Positions 52,261-62,515 of a stretch of 64,000 nt of DNA are shown here, piece after piece. Source of the DNA: an uncultured Acidobacteriota bacterium (lineage in GTDB: Bacteria > Acidobacteriota > Vicinamibacteria > Vicinamibacterales > Fen-181); NCBI GenBank assembly GCA_963744445.1, contig CAVUTP010000014.1, positions 1,533,073 through 1,597,072 of the forward strand, read 5' to 3'. The translations under genes and the position numbers were made by a program. The first letter of the stretch is position 1. Each line of letters opens with the position of its first letter. A model generated the notes under the pieces. That model was not told the origin of the DNA and did not search any database. It was given only the letters and a program-made list of their open reading frames with translations.

Positions 52261-53921
52261 CACGCACGATCCTTTGCGCGCTTCTCGCGTCCGTGTTCGC
52301 CCTGTTGCCAGCCGACACGCGAGCCGCGGGCACGCTGCAGCGCTTCGTGCTGGCCGCCGGCGCCAACTACGGGGGGGCGGACCGGCCGCTGCTCAAGTAC
52401 GGCGTCTCGGACGCGGAACGGTTCGCGCGCGTGCTCGTCGAACTCGGCGGCGTCGCGGCGGATCACGCGGTGGTGCTCAAGGAGCCCAAGCTGCGCGACC
52501 TGCTGCAGGCCCTCGACCAGATGTCCGCCCGGGTAGCGGAGGCCCGGCGCGCGGCGGCCGGCACCGGCGGCGGGCGAGTGGAGGTCGTGGTCTATTACTC
52601 GGGGCACGCGGACGAGAAGGGCCTGCTGCTGGCGGAAGACCGCTATTCGTACAGGACGCTGCGCGACCGGCTCGATCAGATCCCGGCCGACGTCCGCATC
52701 GCGGTGCTCGATGCCTGCGCGTCGGGCGCGTTCACGAGGCGAAAGGGCGGGCGCGTGCGAGCGCCGTTCCTGGTGGACGAGTCGGCGAGCATGCGCGGCT
52801 ACGCCTTCCTGACCTCCAACACCGAGACGGAAGCCGCGCAGGAATCGGATCGCATCGGCGCGTCCTACTTCACGCACTACCTGGTATCCGGGCTGCGGGG
52901 GGCTGCCGACATGTCGGGCGACGGCAAGGTTACTCTGAACGAGGCGTACCAGTTCGCCTTCAACGAGACCGTGGGCGGCACGGTGCAGACCAGGGGCGGC
53001 GCGCAGCACCCCTCGTACGACATCGATCTCTCCGGCAGCGGCGACGTCGTCATCACTGACGTGCGGCAGACGACGGCGACGCTGGTGCTGGGGGAGGAAC
53101 TCGAGGGGCGCTTCTTCATCCGCAACGCCGCGCAGCAGCTGGTGGTGGAGCTGTACAAGCCGGCGGGGCGGCGCACCGAGCTGGGGCTCGAGCCAGGCGA
53201 CTACGAGATCCGCGTCGAGCGCGGGCGCACGCTGCTCGTGGGGAAGACCGTGCTGGTCGACGGTGGCCGGCTCGCGCTCAACCCGGCCCACCTGCGCGTG
53301 ACGGCCGGGGAGCTGACGCGCCGCCGGGGCTATGAACCTCCGCCGTACGCGGTGGCCGGGCGGAACAGGCTGGAGTTCCTGGCCGGCATGACGCCCGGCG
53401 GTGAAACGGCGGGCACGGGTGCCACCGTCGTCTCCGGCAGCGACGGGGGCGGCGTTCTGGTCGGCTTCCAGTACACGCGTTATCTGCGCGAGGACCTGGC
53501 GTTCACGTTCGCGTTGAACAGCGTGGGCGGGAGCAGCGGATCGCGGGTGGGGCCGAACGGGGTTTTCTCGGGCAGCGCGGGAGTGATGGCGCTGGGAGTC
53601 GGCGCGCGCTGGAACCCGATGCGGGGCGAGCTCGCCCGGCAGTCGCTCAAGCCGTACCTCTCTGCGCGCCTGGGCCCGGTCATCGGGAGCAGCAGCGGTT
53701 CATCCGTGACGTCGGGCTCGGTGATCAGCGGATCGATGACGCGCACCGCCGCGGGCGCCTTGTTCGGCGGAGGGTTGGACGTGCACGCGGGGCGGCGCTG
53801 GTCATTCGGCCTGGAGGCCGGCTACCACTGGATGGCGGACTTCGACGACCCGATCGGGGGCCGGCGCAACTACAGCGGCTTCCAGCTGGCGGCCGGCTTC
53901 GGCTGGCTGTTCGGGAAATGA
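52257..53921 (+). CDS. Caspase-like (peptidase C14) domain protein with a C-terminal outer-membrane beta-barrel-like domain
   Basis: An ATGA overlap with the anti-sigma gene and a signal peptide. Caspase His/Cys dyad context (VVVYYSGHADEKG, IAVLDACASGAF). The C-terminal 180 aa are Gly/Ser-rich with alternating hydrophobic residues and end in GWLFGK. Confidence 0.65.
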   Translation: MTRTILCALLASVFALLPADTRAAGTLQRFVLAAGANYGGADRPLLKYGVSDAERFARVLVELGGVAADHAVVLKEPKLRDLLQALDQMSARVAEARRAAAGTGGGRVEVVVYYSGHADEKGLLLAEDRYSYRTLRDRLDQIPADVRIAVLDACASGAFTRRKGGRVRAPFLVDESASMRGYAFLTSNTETEAAQESDRIGASYFTHYLVSGLRGAADMSGDGKVTLNEAYQFAFNETVGGTVQTRGGAQHPSYDIDLSGSGDVVITDVRQTTATLVLGEELEGRFFIRNAAQQLVVELYKPAGRRTELGLEPGDYEIRVERGRTLLVGKTVLVDGGRLALNPAHLRVTAGELTRRRGYEPPPYAVAGRNRLEFLAGMTPGGETAGTGATVVSGSDGGGVLVGFQYTRYLREDLAFTFALNSVGGSSGSRVGPNGVFSGSAGVMALGVGARWNPMRGELARQSLKPYLSARLGPVIGSSSGSSVTSGSVISGSMTRTAAGALFGGGLDVHAGRRWSFGLEAGYHWMADFDDPIGGRRNYSGFQLAAGFGWLFGK

Positions 53922-53974
53922 CGGGCAGGCCGCGGCCATAAGGCGCCACGGCCCTATCGCCGCAGATTCGCGCC

Positions 53975-56943
53975 ATGTTCCTCACCGGCAACCAGACCGC
54001 CGAGTACGGGCGGAACAGCGGCGGCCAGGTGGCCATGGTCACCCGCTCGGGCACCAACCAGTTCCGCGGCACCGGCTTCTTCTTCTGGCGCGATCCAAGC
54101 CTCAACGCGCAGGAGTGGGAGCTGAACCTGGTTCCCGGCACGCCCAAGGACCAATACAAGCAGAAGATCGGCGGCTTCAGCCTGGGCGGCCCCATCCGCA
54201 AGAACAAGTCGTTCTTCTTCGGCAACCTGCAAGTGCTCCGGGCGACGCGAACGCGCGAGCAGATCTCGACCACCTACACGGACCTCGCCCGGCAGGGCAT
54301 CTGGCGCTACGTCGTCGGCGGGCGCAACCGCCCCGCGGGGCTGAGCGACTCGTCGGTGGACGCGAACGGGAACGTCCTCCCGGGGGTCACGATCGGCACG
54401 TACAACGTCGCCGCGAACGACCCGCAGCGCAACGGCCTGAGCCCCGAGACCCAGCAACTCATCGCCATGATGACGAAGCCCAACTACTTCTTCACGGGTG
54501 ATGGGCTCAACACCGCCGGCTACCGCTGGTTCCCGGTCGAAACCGAAAAGCAGTACGACTCGGTCATCAAGATCGACCAGGTGATCAACAACAGCAACTC
54601 CATCTACGGGCGGATGGCCTGGGGCCGGCAGAACACGTACGCGGACACGGCCAATGCGGGCCTCCCGCCGTACCCCGGCGTCTCGAGCTTCGTGGACACG
54701 TTCCGTGATCCGCTGAACTTCGCCGCCAACTGGCGCAGCACCGTGAGGTCGAACGTCGTCAACGAGTTCGTCGCCGGCATGAACTACTTCGCGTTCGACT
54801 TCACGACGCCGGACGCCGATACGAACAAGCTGCAGTACGACTTCGGCAGCCTCACCATGCCGGTGTCGTACTACACCGGCAACGCGCGCAAGATCACGAC
54901 GTGGCAGTTCGTGGACAACGTGACGTGGGTGACCGGCGCGCACGCCCTCAAGTTCGGCACGAACATGCGGTTCCAGAAGCACAGCGACGTTCGTGGTTCG
55001 ATCGCCGGCTACAACGCGACGCCGGCGCTCGACTTCAGCACGAGCGTCAACACCGTCGATCCGGTCACGTTCGGCATCCCGAGCAACATCAACACCGGCT
55101 TCGACCGGCCCGCCCTCCAGAGCCACATCAACTTCCTGCTTGGCCGAGTGGGGAACGTGTACCAGGGCTTCGTCTCCACCGGGGACGCCTACGCCGAAGC
55201 CGGGTCGCTGTTCCTGTTCGACGCCACGTTCCCGGAAGTGGACTTCTTCGCGCAGGACACGTGGAAGATCCGCCAGAACATCACGATTGACGCCGGCCTC
55301 CGCTGGGAGCTGAAGCTCGCGCCGGGCAACCCGGACAACTTGATTCGGACCCCGAACCAGCGGGTCGCCGCGGGCGAGCCGGCGACGAGCTCGCTGTCGT
55401 GGGTCGAGGGCAAGCTGTACGAGAACGACCTCAACAACGTGGCCCCGTCGATAGGCGTGGCGTGGGACCCGCGCGGCGATGCCAAGAGCGTCGTTCGCGG
55501 CAACTACCGCATGGCCTTCGACCGGATCAACACGTTCGTGCTCTCGTCGTCGATCTTCCAGAGCATCCCCGGCATCACCGCCGGGCGTATCGACACGGCC
55601 TTCGGCCAGGCCGGCGGGCGCCTGCCGGCCGTCGGGTCGGTGGTCGCCGCCCTCCCCCCGACCTTCTCGCCTGACAGCTTCCTGACACCGCCGGCCACCT
55701 CCTCGTCCAGCATGCGGGTGGTGGACAGCACCTTCGAGACGCCGCTGACGCACGCCTGGGCGCTCAGCTACCAGCGGGAGATCATGAAGCAGACCGTCGT
55801 CGAGGTGGCGTACGTGGGCCGCAAGGCGGATCACCTCTACGGGGCCTACAACGTCAACCAGGCCGAGTTCCGGAAGAACGGCTTCCTCGACGCCTTCAAC
55901 GTCGTGCAGGCGGGCGGTCAGAGCCCGTTGATCAACCAACTCTGCCTGAACGACACCCGCCGCACGTCCGCCGAGACGGGCTCCGACATGGTCCGCCGGC
56001 TCTACACGTCGACGCTCCAGCAGAACGGCGTGGCGAGCCTGGCGTCCGCCCTCGGAACGCGCATCCAGAGCGGGAAGACGCTGCCGGAGCTGGCGGGCTT
56101 CGGGTCGTACTTCTTCTTCCCGTACCCGCAGTTCCTGGGCGGCCTGAACGTGATCGACTCCAACGACTGGTCGCGCTACCACGCGCTGATCACCCGGCTC
56201 GAACGTCGGTACCGCGGGGGTACCTGCAGCTGGCCTACACGCTCTCCAAGTCGCAGGACACGCGCTCGTTCGACCCGGCCTTTACGACCGTCGGCACGGC
56301 GAACGCACAGTCCGCGTCCAGCACGCCGTTCGACATCTTCAACCGGTCGCTGAACTACGCGCCGTCCGACTTCGACCGCAAGCACGCGGTCAACTTCTCG
56401 TGGGCCCTGGAGCTGCCGTTCGGCCAGGGCAAGGCGATCGCCGGCGATGCTTCGGGCGTCCTCAACCACATCATCGGGGACTGGGACGTGGCGGCTACGC
56501 TCACCTGGTACAGCGGCCGCCCGTTCACGGTCTACTCGGGCAACTACCCGTTCTCCAACATCGTCCAGACGCCGGCGAACTGCTCCGGATGCTCCGAGGG
56601 CATGGGGACGGCCTACGACGACGCGGCGACGGGGGTGAAGTGGTTCTTCGACCCGGAGGATCGGTCCAAGTTCTCTATTCCCGCCCCGGGGGATTTCTCG
56701 AACGTGGGCCGCAACGCGTTCCGCGGCCCGGGGTTCTTCTCGATCAACATGACCCTCGCCAAGCGGGTCCACATCGTCAGGGGCCAGGTGCTGGAGATCC
56801 GCGCCGATGCGACGAACCTGACGAACACGGCGTCGTTCGGGTTCCCCACGGCAACCTACACGAGCTCGACGTTCGGCCGCATCTACAACAGCACGACGAG
56901 CGGCTCGCGGAAGATCCAGCTTGGCGTGAAGTACTCGTTCTGA
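53975..56943 (+). pseudogene. Acidobacteria-type TonB-dependent-receptor-like outer-membrane protein lacking its N-terminal signal/CarbopepD_reg/plug region; the C-terminal part is in a different frame (apparent frameshift near 56215)
   Basis: The sequence starts inside the conserved barrel region (GNQTAEYGRNSGGQV..GTNQFRGTG) with a stop codon 36 nt upstream. The C-terminus ..RKIQLGVKYSF is in the frame that runs 56488-56943. Confidence 0.55.
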
Positions 56944-56964
56944 CGTCGTCCCACGCGCTGTCAC

Positions 56965-57002
56965 GGGGGCGGGTCGAACCCCGTTCGACCCGCCCTTTTC
57001 TG
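56965..57002 (+). terminator. Rho-independent terminator: GGGGGCGGGTCGAA-ccccg-TTCGACCCGCCC followed by TTTTCTG
   Basis: A 12-14 bp GC stem with a 5 nt loop and a T-tract, about 20 nt after the stop codon at 56943. Confidence 0.7.
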
Positions 57003-57240
57003 TCTCGTTCCGCTCTCGGCCCCTTCCTCCGCCTCCGGCGACTGTGGGTTTGCTGCCGTCCGCCGACCGCTGGCGGGTTGCGCGCGCCGCCGGGACTGCC
57101 GGAGCTTGACTGCGGGTGGTATATAGGGCGAACTGGAGAAGGCGGCCGCTGGCCGGCCGCCCGCGCAGGCCCGGTTCGACAGGCCTGCCACGCGAACTTG
57201 GAGTCATCGCCGGCCGAGGCCGGCGCGAGAGGAGCGGCGC

Positions 57241-58439
57241 ATGAGCCGGCCTCCATTGAAGGTGGACGCGCAGCTCGCCGCGAGCTTGCGGCGCGTGAGC
57301 GGCGCGCTCGAGCAGAGCCGCAGTCAGCTGGCCGCGGCTGCCGAACAGATCTCGGCCGCCAGCGGAGACGCGTCGGCGCGCGTGGCGGAAAGGGCGGACG
57401 AGATCGCGGAGAGGATCGTGGAGCGCCATGCGCGCCGGATCGATCGGCGACGCCTGCACGCGGAACGGCGACAGCGCCGTCGCGAACTCCTGGAATCAGA
57501 CGAGGGCGACGTCCCGAGAGGGATCGTCCTGGCCGTCGTCGCGATCACCTGCCTGATGTTCGCGGTGGTCCGGCCGCAATTCTTCTGGATGGTGTTCGTC
57601 GCGCTCGGCTTCGGCATGTCAGCCGCTTCGTCATTCGCCAGGGCTGCCCGCCGCAGGCGGGTCGAGCAGCAGGGGCAGGCGGAGGGCGAGAGGGAGGACA
57701 CGGCCGCGTCCCAGCCTCAGCCCGTCGCAACGACGCGAACCGAGGAGCTTCCGCCCGCACCAGCGGCCGCCGAATCCGCCGGACCCCAAGGTCGCGCGCA
57801 TCCAGGGGCTGTGCGACAAGCTTCTCGCCGAGCTGGAGTCGGGTCCGCCTATTGTCCGGGAGGTGGTGACCGAGCCTCGAAGCACGATCGCCGGGCTGCG
57901 CCAGGCATGCCTGGAGACGGCCCGGCGCGAGCGCGAGCTGCGGAGCGTGCTGGCGGCGCAGGACGAGGCTGGGCTCGTCTCGGAGCGCGACGGCCTGGCC
58001 GCCCGGCTCTCGAACGAGCACGATGCAATCGTCCGCGACAGGCTGGGCCAGGCGCTCTCCGCGCTCGAGCAGCAGCTCGTCCACCGCGCCGCACTGGCGA
58101 CGGCGGCCACGCGCCTCGAGGCCGAGAACACCCGTATCCTCTACACGCTGGAGAACGTGCACATGCAACTGCTGCGGGCGCGCAGCACGGATATCGGCGC
58201 ACCGGAGCTGGGCGGCAAGCTCCGCGACAGCCTGCGGGAGCTCGGGACGCAAATCGAGGCCGTCGCCGAGGCCCTCGAGTTTGCCGACGCGCCGGTCGGG
58301 GCCGAAGGCGCGTCGCCTGCTGCCCCAGTCGCGGAGGCGCCCGCGGCACCCGACACCAGTGACTTCCGAACGGGAGCGGGAGGAGAGACGGGCAGCCGCC
58401 CGCCGGGCCGCGGCGGCGCGCGACGCGCAGCGTCGCTGA
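57241..58439 (+). CDS. Hypothetical membrane protein with N- and C-terminal coiled-coils flanking a TM hairpin; the two halves are in different frames (apparent frameshift near 57790) and the 3' end is uncertain (58439 or 58531)
   Basis: Two TM helices (VLAVVAITCLMFAVVRPQFFWMVFVALGFGM) in ORF 57241-58362. The helical C-terminal part is in ORF 57863-58531. Confidence 0.35.
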
Positions 58440-58527
58440 ACGAAGGCGGCGCCGCCCTGCGCCTTCGCGCAGCCCTTGCGAATCGGCGCCTCGCGCCGGT
58501 CCTCGGGAGCCGGAGGCCCGTCCTAAA

Positions 58528-59331
58528 CTAGCGCGGTTTGCCGTAGATATGGTCGCCGATGCGGCGCATCCGCGCCATCTCGGCCGGGTCGAGGGCGCCG
58601 AGCTCGAGCGCCCTCAGGTTCTCGCGCATATCCGAGAGCGAGCGCGCACCCACCATGCAGACATCGACGCCGGGATGGCTCAGCGCGAAGCGGTAGCAGT
58701 CGGCGGGGGGTGGTGGCGTTTCGCCGGGAGGCATCTTCCGCGGGTCGAGCAGCTTGCCCCACGCCGCCGCCGTAAAGGCCACGACGCCGGGCCGGTCGTC
58801 GCCCCCAAGTTCCGGGAAGGCGTCCTTCTCGGCGCCCGAGTGGACCGCGCTGTAGCGAACGTGGAAGAGATCGACGACGCCCTCGCGGCGCAGTTGTCCG
58901 AACACCTTGCGATTGTGCCCGGACAGGCCGATGAACCGGACCAGCCCCTTCTCCTTCATGCGCAGCGCTCCCTCCAGGATGGCGCGGCTGGGCGGGCGGC
59001 TGAAGTAGCCGAGGACGAGGACGTCGGCGCGTTCGAGACCGAGGGCGCGTAACCCGCGCACGAAGAACGTCTCGGTCAGGAATGGCTGGTGGGCGTAGCT
59101 GAACATGGCCAGGACGAGTCGATCCCGCTGGCCGTTGGCGACGATGCGGCGGACAGCCTCGCGGACGTAGGGCGACCGGCCCCGGAGGAACGTCCCCCAC
59201 GTGAGGTAGTTGCACCCGCGCTCGAAGGCCAGCTCGATGGCTTCCGCCGGCGCCCAGTAGCCGGAAGCGACGCCGAGACGACCCACCTGAAGCCCGGTGC
59301 GTCCGAGCGTGGTCGGCTGGGTGAAGTCCAT
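58528..59331 (-). CDS. Aldo/keto reductase family oxidoreductase
   Basis: 267 aa with an AKR fold (LGRTGLQVGRLG, GCNYLTWGTF, FIGLSGHN). Confidence 0.8.
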   Translation of the reverse strand: MDFTQPTTLGRTGLQVGRLGVASGYWAPAEAIELAFERGCNYLTWGTFLRGRSPYVREAVRRIVANGQRDRLVLAMFSYAHQPFLTETFFVRGLRALGLERADVLVLGYFSRPPSRAILEGALRMKEKGLVRFIGLSGHNRKVFGQLRREGVVDLFHVRYSAVHSGAEKDAFPELGGDDRPGVVAFTAAAWGKLLDPRKMPPGETPPPPADCYRFALSHPGVDVCMVGARSLSDMRENLRALELGALDPAEMARMRRIGDHIYGKPR

Positions 59332-59418
59332 GGCAGCAGATTATGCGCCCGATTCGGCGCGCGTGGATCTCATTCCTCGGCTAGCCGTCGCATCTTCCAC
59401 CTCGCGGCGTGAGCTATC

Positions 59419-60378
59419 ATGGCGCATGACTCCGGACGCTCTGGAGGCACTGTGAAGGTTGTTCACACCGGCGCTTACCGGATCGACATCGGCCCGCACG
59501 TCTTTCCCACGGAGAAGTACGACGGCATCCGAGCGTGGCTGCTGGCGGCCGGCGTGGCGAGCCGGTCGGATTTCCTTGCGCCGAAAGCGGCCTCGTGGGA
59601 GGACCTGGCGCTCGTGCACACCGCGGACTACCTGGAAAAGGTCCGCGGCGGAGAGTTGACTCCCGAGGAGATCGCCCGGCTCGAGATGCCCTGGTCCCAA
59701 CCGATGGTCGAGGGATTCCGCCTGATGGCCGGCGGCACGGTGCTCTGTGCCCGCCTGGCCCTTGCCGAGACGCCCGCACCGCCCGGGCTCAAACCGCGCC
59801 TGCGCGCGGCGGCCCACCTCGGCGGCGGGTTCCATCACGCGTATGCCGACCACGGCGAGGGCTTCTGCCTGTTCAACGACGTCGCGCTGGCCGCACGCGC
59901 GCTGCTCGTGTCGCGCGAGGTCTCTCGCGTGGCCATCGTCGACGTGGACGTCCACCAGGGGAACGGCACGGCGGCCGTCCTTGGGCGCGACCCCGCCGTC
60001 TTCACCTGCTCGCTGCACCAGGAGCACAACTACCCGGCCGACAAGCCGCCCAGCTCGCTGGACTGCGGCCTCGACGACGGGGCCGGCGACGGTGAGTACC
60101 TCGACGCCCTCGCGGACGCCCTGCCTCGGGTGTTCGCCTTTGCGCCGGACGTTCTCGTCTACGTGGCCGGCGCCGATCCGTACAAGGACGATCAGCTCGG
60201 CGGCCTCCGGCTCACCCGCTTCGGCTTGCGGCGACGCGACCGGATGGTGTTCGAATCGGCACGAGAGGCAGGCGTCCCGGTGGCCGTGGTGCTAGCCGGC
60301 GGCTACGCCCGCCGACTGGAGGACACGGTCGCCATCCACGGCGCGACGATCGAGGAAGCGCGGCTGCTGAGCGAGTAG
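59419..60378 (+). CDS. Histone deacetylase-family protein (class I/AcuC-like amidohydrolase)
   Basis: 319 aa with HDAC motifs (GGGFHHA, DVDVHQGNGT, YVAGADPYKDDQLGGL). Confidence 0.85.
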   Translation: MAHDSGRSGGTVKVVHTGAYRIDIGPHVFPTEKYDGIRAWLLAAGVASRSDFLAPKAASWEDLALVHTADYLEKVRGGELTPEEIARLEMPWSQPMVEGFRLMAGGTVLCARLALAETPAPPGLKPRLRAAAHLGGGFHHAYADHGEGFCLFNDVALAARALLVSREVSRVAIVDVDVHQGNGTAAVLGRDPAVFTCSLHQEHNYPADKPPSSLDCGLDDGAGDGEYLDALADALPRVFAFAPDVLVYVAGADPYKDDQLGGLRLTRFGLRRRDRMVFESAREAGVPVAVVLAGGYARRLEDTVAIHGATIEEARLLSE

Positions 60379-60543
60379 CGTCGCCGTTCAGATCTGCGGC
60401 TCTCTCACCGGGCTTCACCGCGACCCAGGCGGCATGCCGTTGACGCCCGCGACGCGCTCGTGGACCCACGGCTCGAGGCCAGGAGCCAGGTGCGCGTGCA
60501 CGTCGTATCCTCGCCGGCTGGAACGGTATGATGGGTAATACCC

Positions 60544-61425
60544 ATGCCGCAGATGCTGAGCCGTTGCCTGCCGGCGCTCGCTGTCCTCGTCCTTGTGGCT
60601 GCCGCCAATCCCGCCGCGGTTGAAACAGTCCGGACTGGCCAGGCGAAGATGTTCTCGGAAAGCGATGCCTACGAGCGCTTCATGGGGCGATGGAGCCGAC
60701 AACTGGCGGTTCCGTTCGTGCGGTTCGCCGGTGTGCGGGACGGGGACGCAACCCTGGACGTCGGCTGCGGCACCGGCTCTCTCAGCGAGGCTGCGCTCAA
60801 TGTTGCCCCATCGATTGAGGTGACAGGGATTGACCTGTCGCCCGAGTACGTGGCCCGCGCGCGAGCAGAGCTCCCCGCCGGGCGCGCCCGGTTCGAGGTC
60901 GGGGACGCGCAGGCGCTGCGGTTCGCCGACCGCACCTTCGATCGAACGCTGTCTCTGCTCGTGCTCAACTTCGTGCCCGACCGGGCCAAGGCGCTTCGCG
61001 AGATGGTTCGCGTGACGCGGCCGGGTGGAACCGTCGCCGCGGCGGTGTGGGACTACGCAGAGGGCATGGAGATGCTGCGCGTCTTCTGGGACGAGGCTGT
61101 CGCGCTCGATCCGGCGGCGGCCCGCCGCGACGAACGACACATGCCACTGTGCAGGCAGGGGCAACTCGCGGCGCTCTGGCGGGAGAACGGGTTGACCGGC
61201 GTGGAAGAGGAACCGCTGACCGTCACGCTGGCGTTCGCTTCCTTCGACGACTTCTGGGAGCCGTTTCTCGCCGGCCAGGGTCCCGCCGGGCTCTATGCGG
61301 CTTCCCTCTCCAAGGCGCAGGCCAATCGGCTTCGGGATCGCCTCCGGAACCGGTTGCTCGGCGGCAGGCCGGACGGCGCGTTCACCCTCCGCGCTCGCGC
61401 GTGGGCCGTGCGCGGCCGGGTGTGA
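60544..61425 (+). CDS. Class I SAM-dependent methyltransferase with an N-terminal signal-like segment
   Basis: SAM motif I LDVGCGTGS and post-I/II motifs (EVGDAQALRF, RPGGTV). Confidence 0.8.
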   Translation: MPQMLSRCLPALAVLVLVAAANPAAVETVRTGQAKMFSESDAYERFMGRWSRQLAVPFVRFAGVRDGDATLDVGCGTGSLSEAALNVAPSIEVTGIDLSPEYVARARAELPAGRARFEVGDAQALRFADRTFDRTLSLLVLNFVPDRAKALREMVRVTRPGGTVAAAVWDYAEGMEMLRVFWDEAVALDPAAARRDERHMPLCRQGQLAALWRENGLTGVEEEPLTVTLAFASFDDFWEPFLAGQGPAGLYAASLSKAQANRLRDRLRNRLLGGRPDGAFTLRARAWAVRGRV

Positions 61426-61513
61426 AGCACGGCTACCGACGGTCTCGTGCCGGCGCGCCGCGCGTCGGCGGTGTCCCCCCTCGAAGCCTCGCGTGAGGGG
61501 TAAGGAGCGATTC

Positions 61514-62439
61514 ATGAAGCGAGCGATTGACGGAGCGGTCACGGCCGGCCTGGCGGTTGTCATCGTCCTCGGCGGCGCCGTCATTTCCCGCGCGCACGCG
61601 ACGCCCGCGCGCGACGGGATGGTCGTCACCACCGAGTGGGTGGCGCAGCACCTGAAGGACGCCGACCTGGTGCTGCTGCACGTTGGCGAGAAGCAGGACT
61701 ACGATGCCGCGCACCTGCCCGGCGCGCAGTTCCTGCCGCGCGAGGCGTTCGGCATCCGCGACGCCGAATCGAACCTCACCTTGCAGGTGCCGCCGGTGCC
61801 GGCGCTGGTCGAGCGGCTCGGCGCACTGGGCGTATCGGACACCACGCGCGTCGTGCTCTACTTCGGCACCGACTGGGTGACGCCGACGGCCCGCGCGTAC
61901 GTGACGTTCGACTACCTGGGCCTTGGCGACCGGACGTCCATCATGGACGGCGGCCTTCCGGCGTGGCAGGCCGAGCACCGGCCGGTGACGGCGGACGTGG
62001 TTCCGCCGCGTGCCGGCCGTTTCACCCCCGTCCCCGGGCCGAGGTCGTCGCCGACCTCGCCTACGTGCAGTCCCACCTGCGGGCGCCGGGCACGATCGTC
62101 GTGGACAGCCGAACGCCCGAGTTCTTCGCGGGCGAGAAACCCGGGTCCATGCCGCGTGCCGGCCGAATCCCCGGGGCGCGCAACATCCCGTTCTCGAGCC
62201 TGGTCGCAGACGACAACAAGCTGAAGGACGCCGCCTCGCTGCGCGCGATCTTCTCGGAGCAGGGGGCCGTGGAGGGCAAGAGCGTCATCACCTATTGCCA
62301 CATCGGGCAGCAGGCCTCGCTCGACTACTTCGTCGCGAAGTACCTCGGCTTCCCGGTGCGTCTGTACGACGGCTCGTTCGAGGAATGGAGCCGGCACGCG
62401 GAACTGCCGGTGGAAACCGGCAAGGTGTCGCGCGACTGA
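61514..62439 (+). CDS. Thiosulfate/3-mercaptopyruvate sulfurtransferase (tandem rhodanese domains), with an apparent frameshift near 62030
   Basis: The RBS AAGGAG lies 7 nt upstream. Rhodanese domain 1 is in ORF 61295. Domain 2 has the active-site Cys (ITYCHIGQQAS) in ORF 61636-62439. Confidence 0.8.
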
Positions 62440-62515
62440 GCCCCGGCGCCACGAGGAGGAAGATGATTCGCCGGACGGGGGGCATCAGGATGGGCCGTCT
62501 CCAGCGCCGCGCGCG

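Noticed and set aside
57100-57130. A TTGACT..TATATA sigma70-like promoter upstream of the coiled-coil membrane protein gene
   Set aside because: The spacer between the hexamers is about 10 nt, too short for a functional sigma70 promoter.
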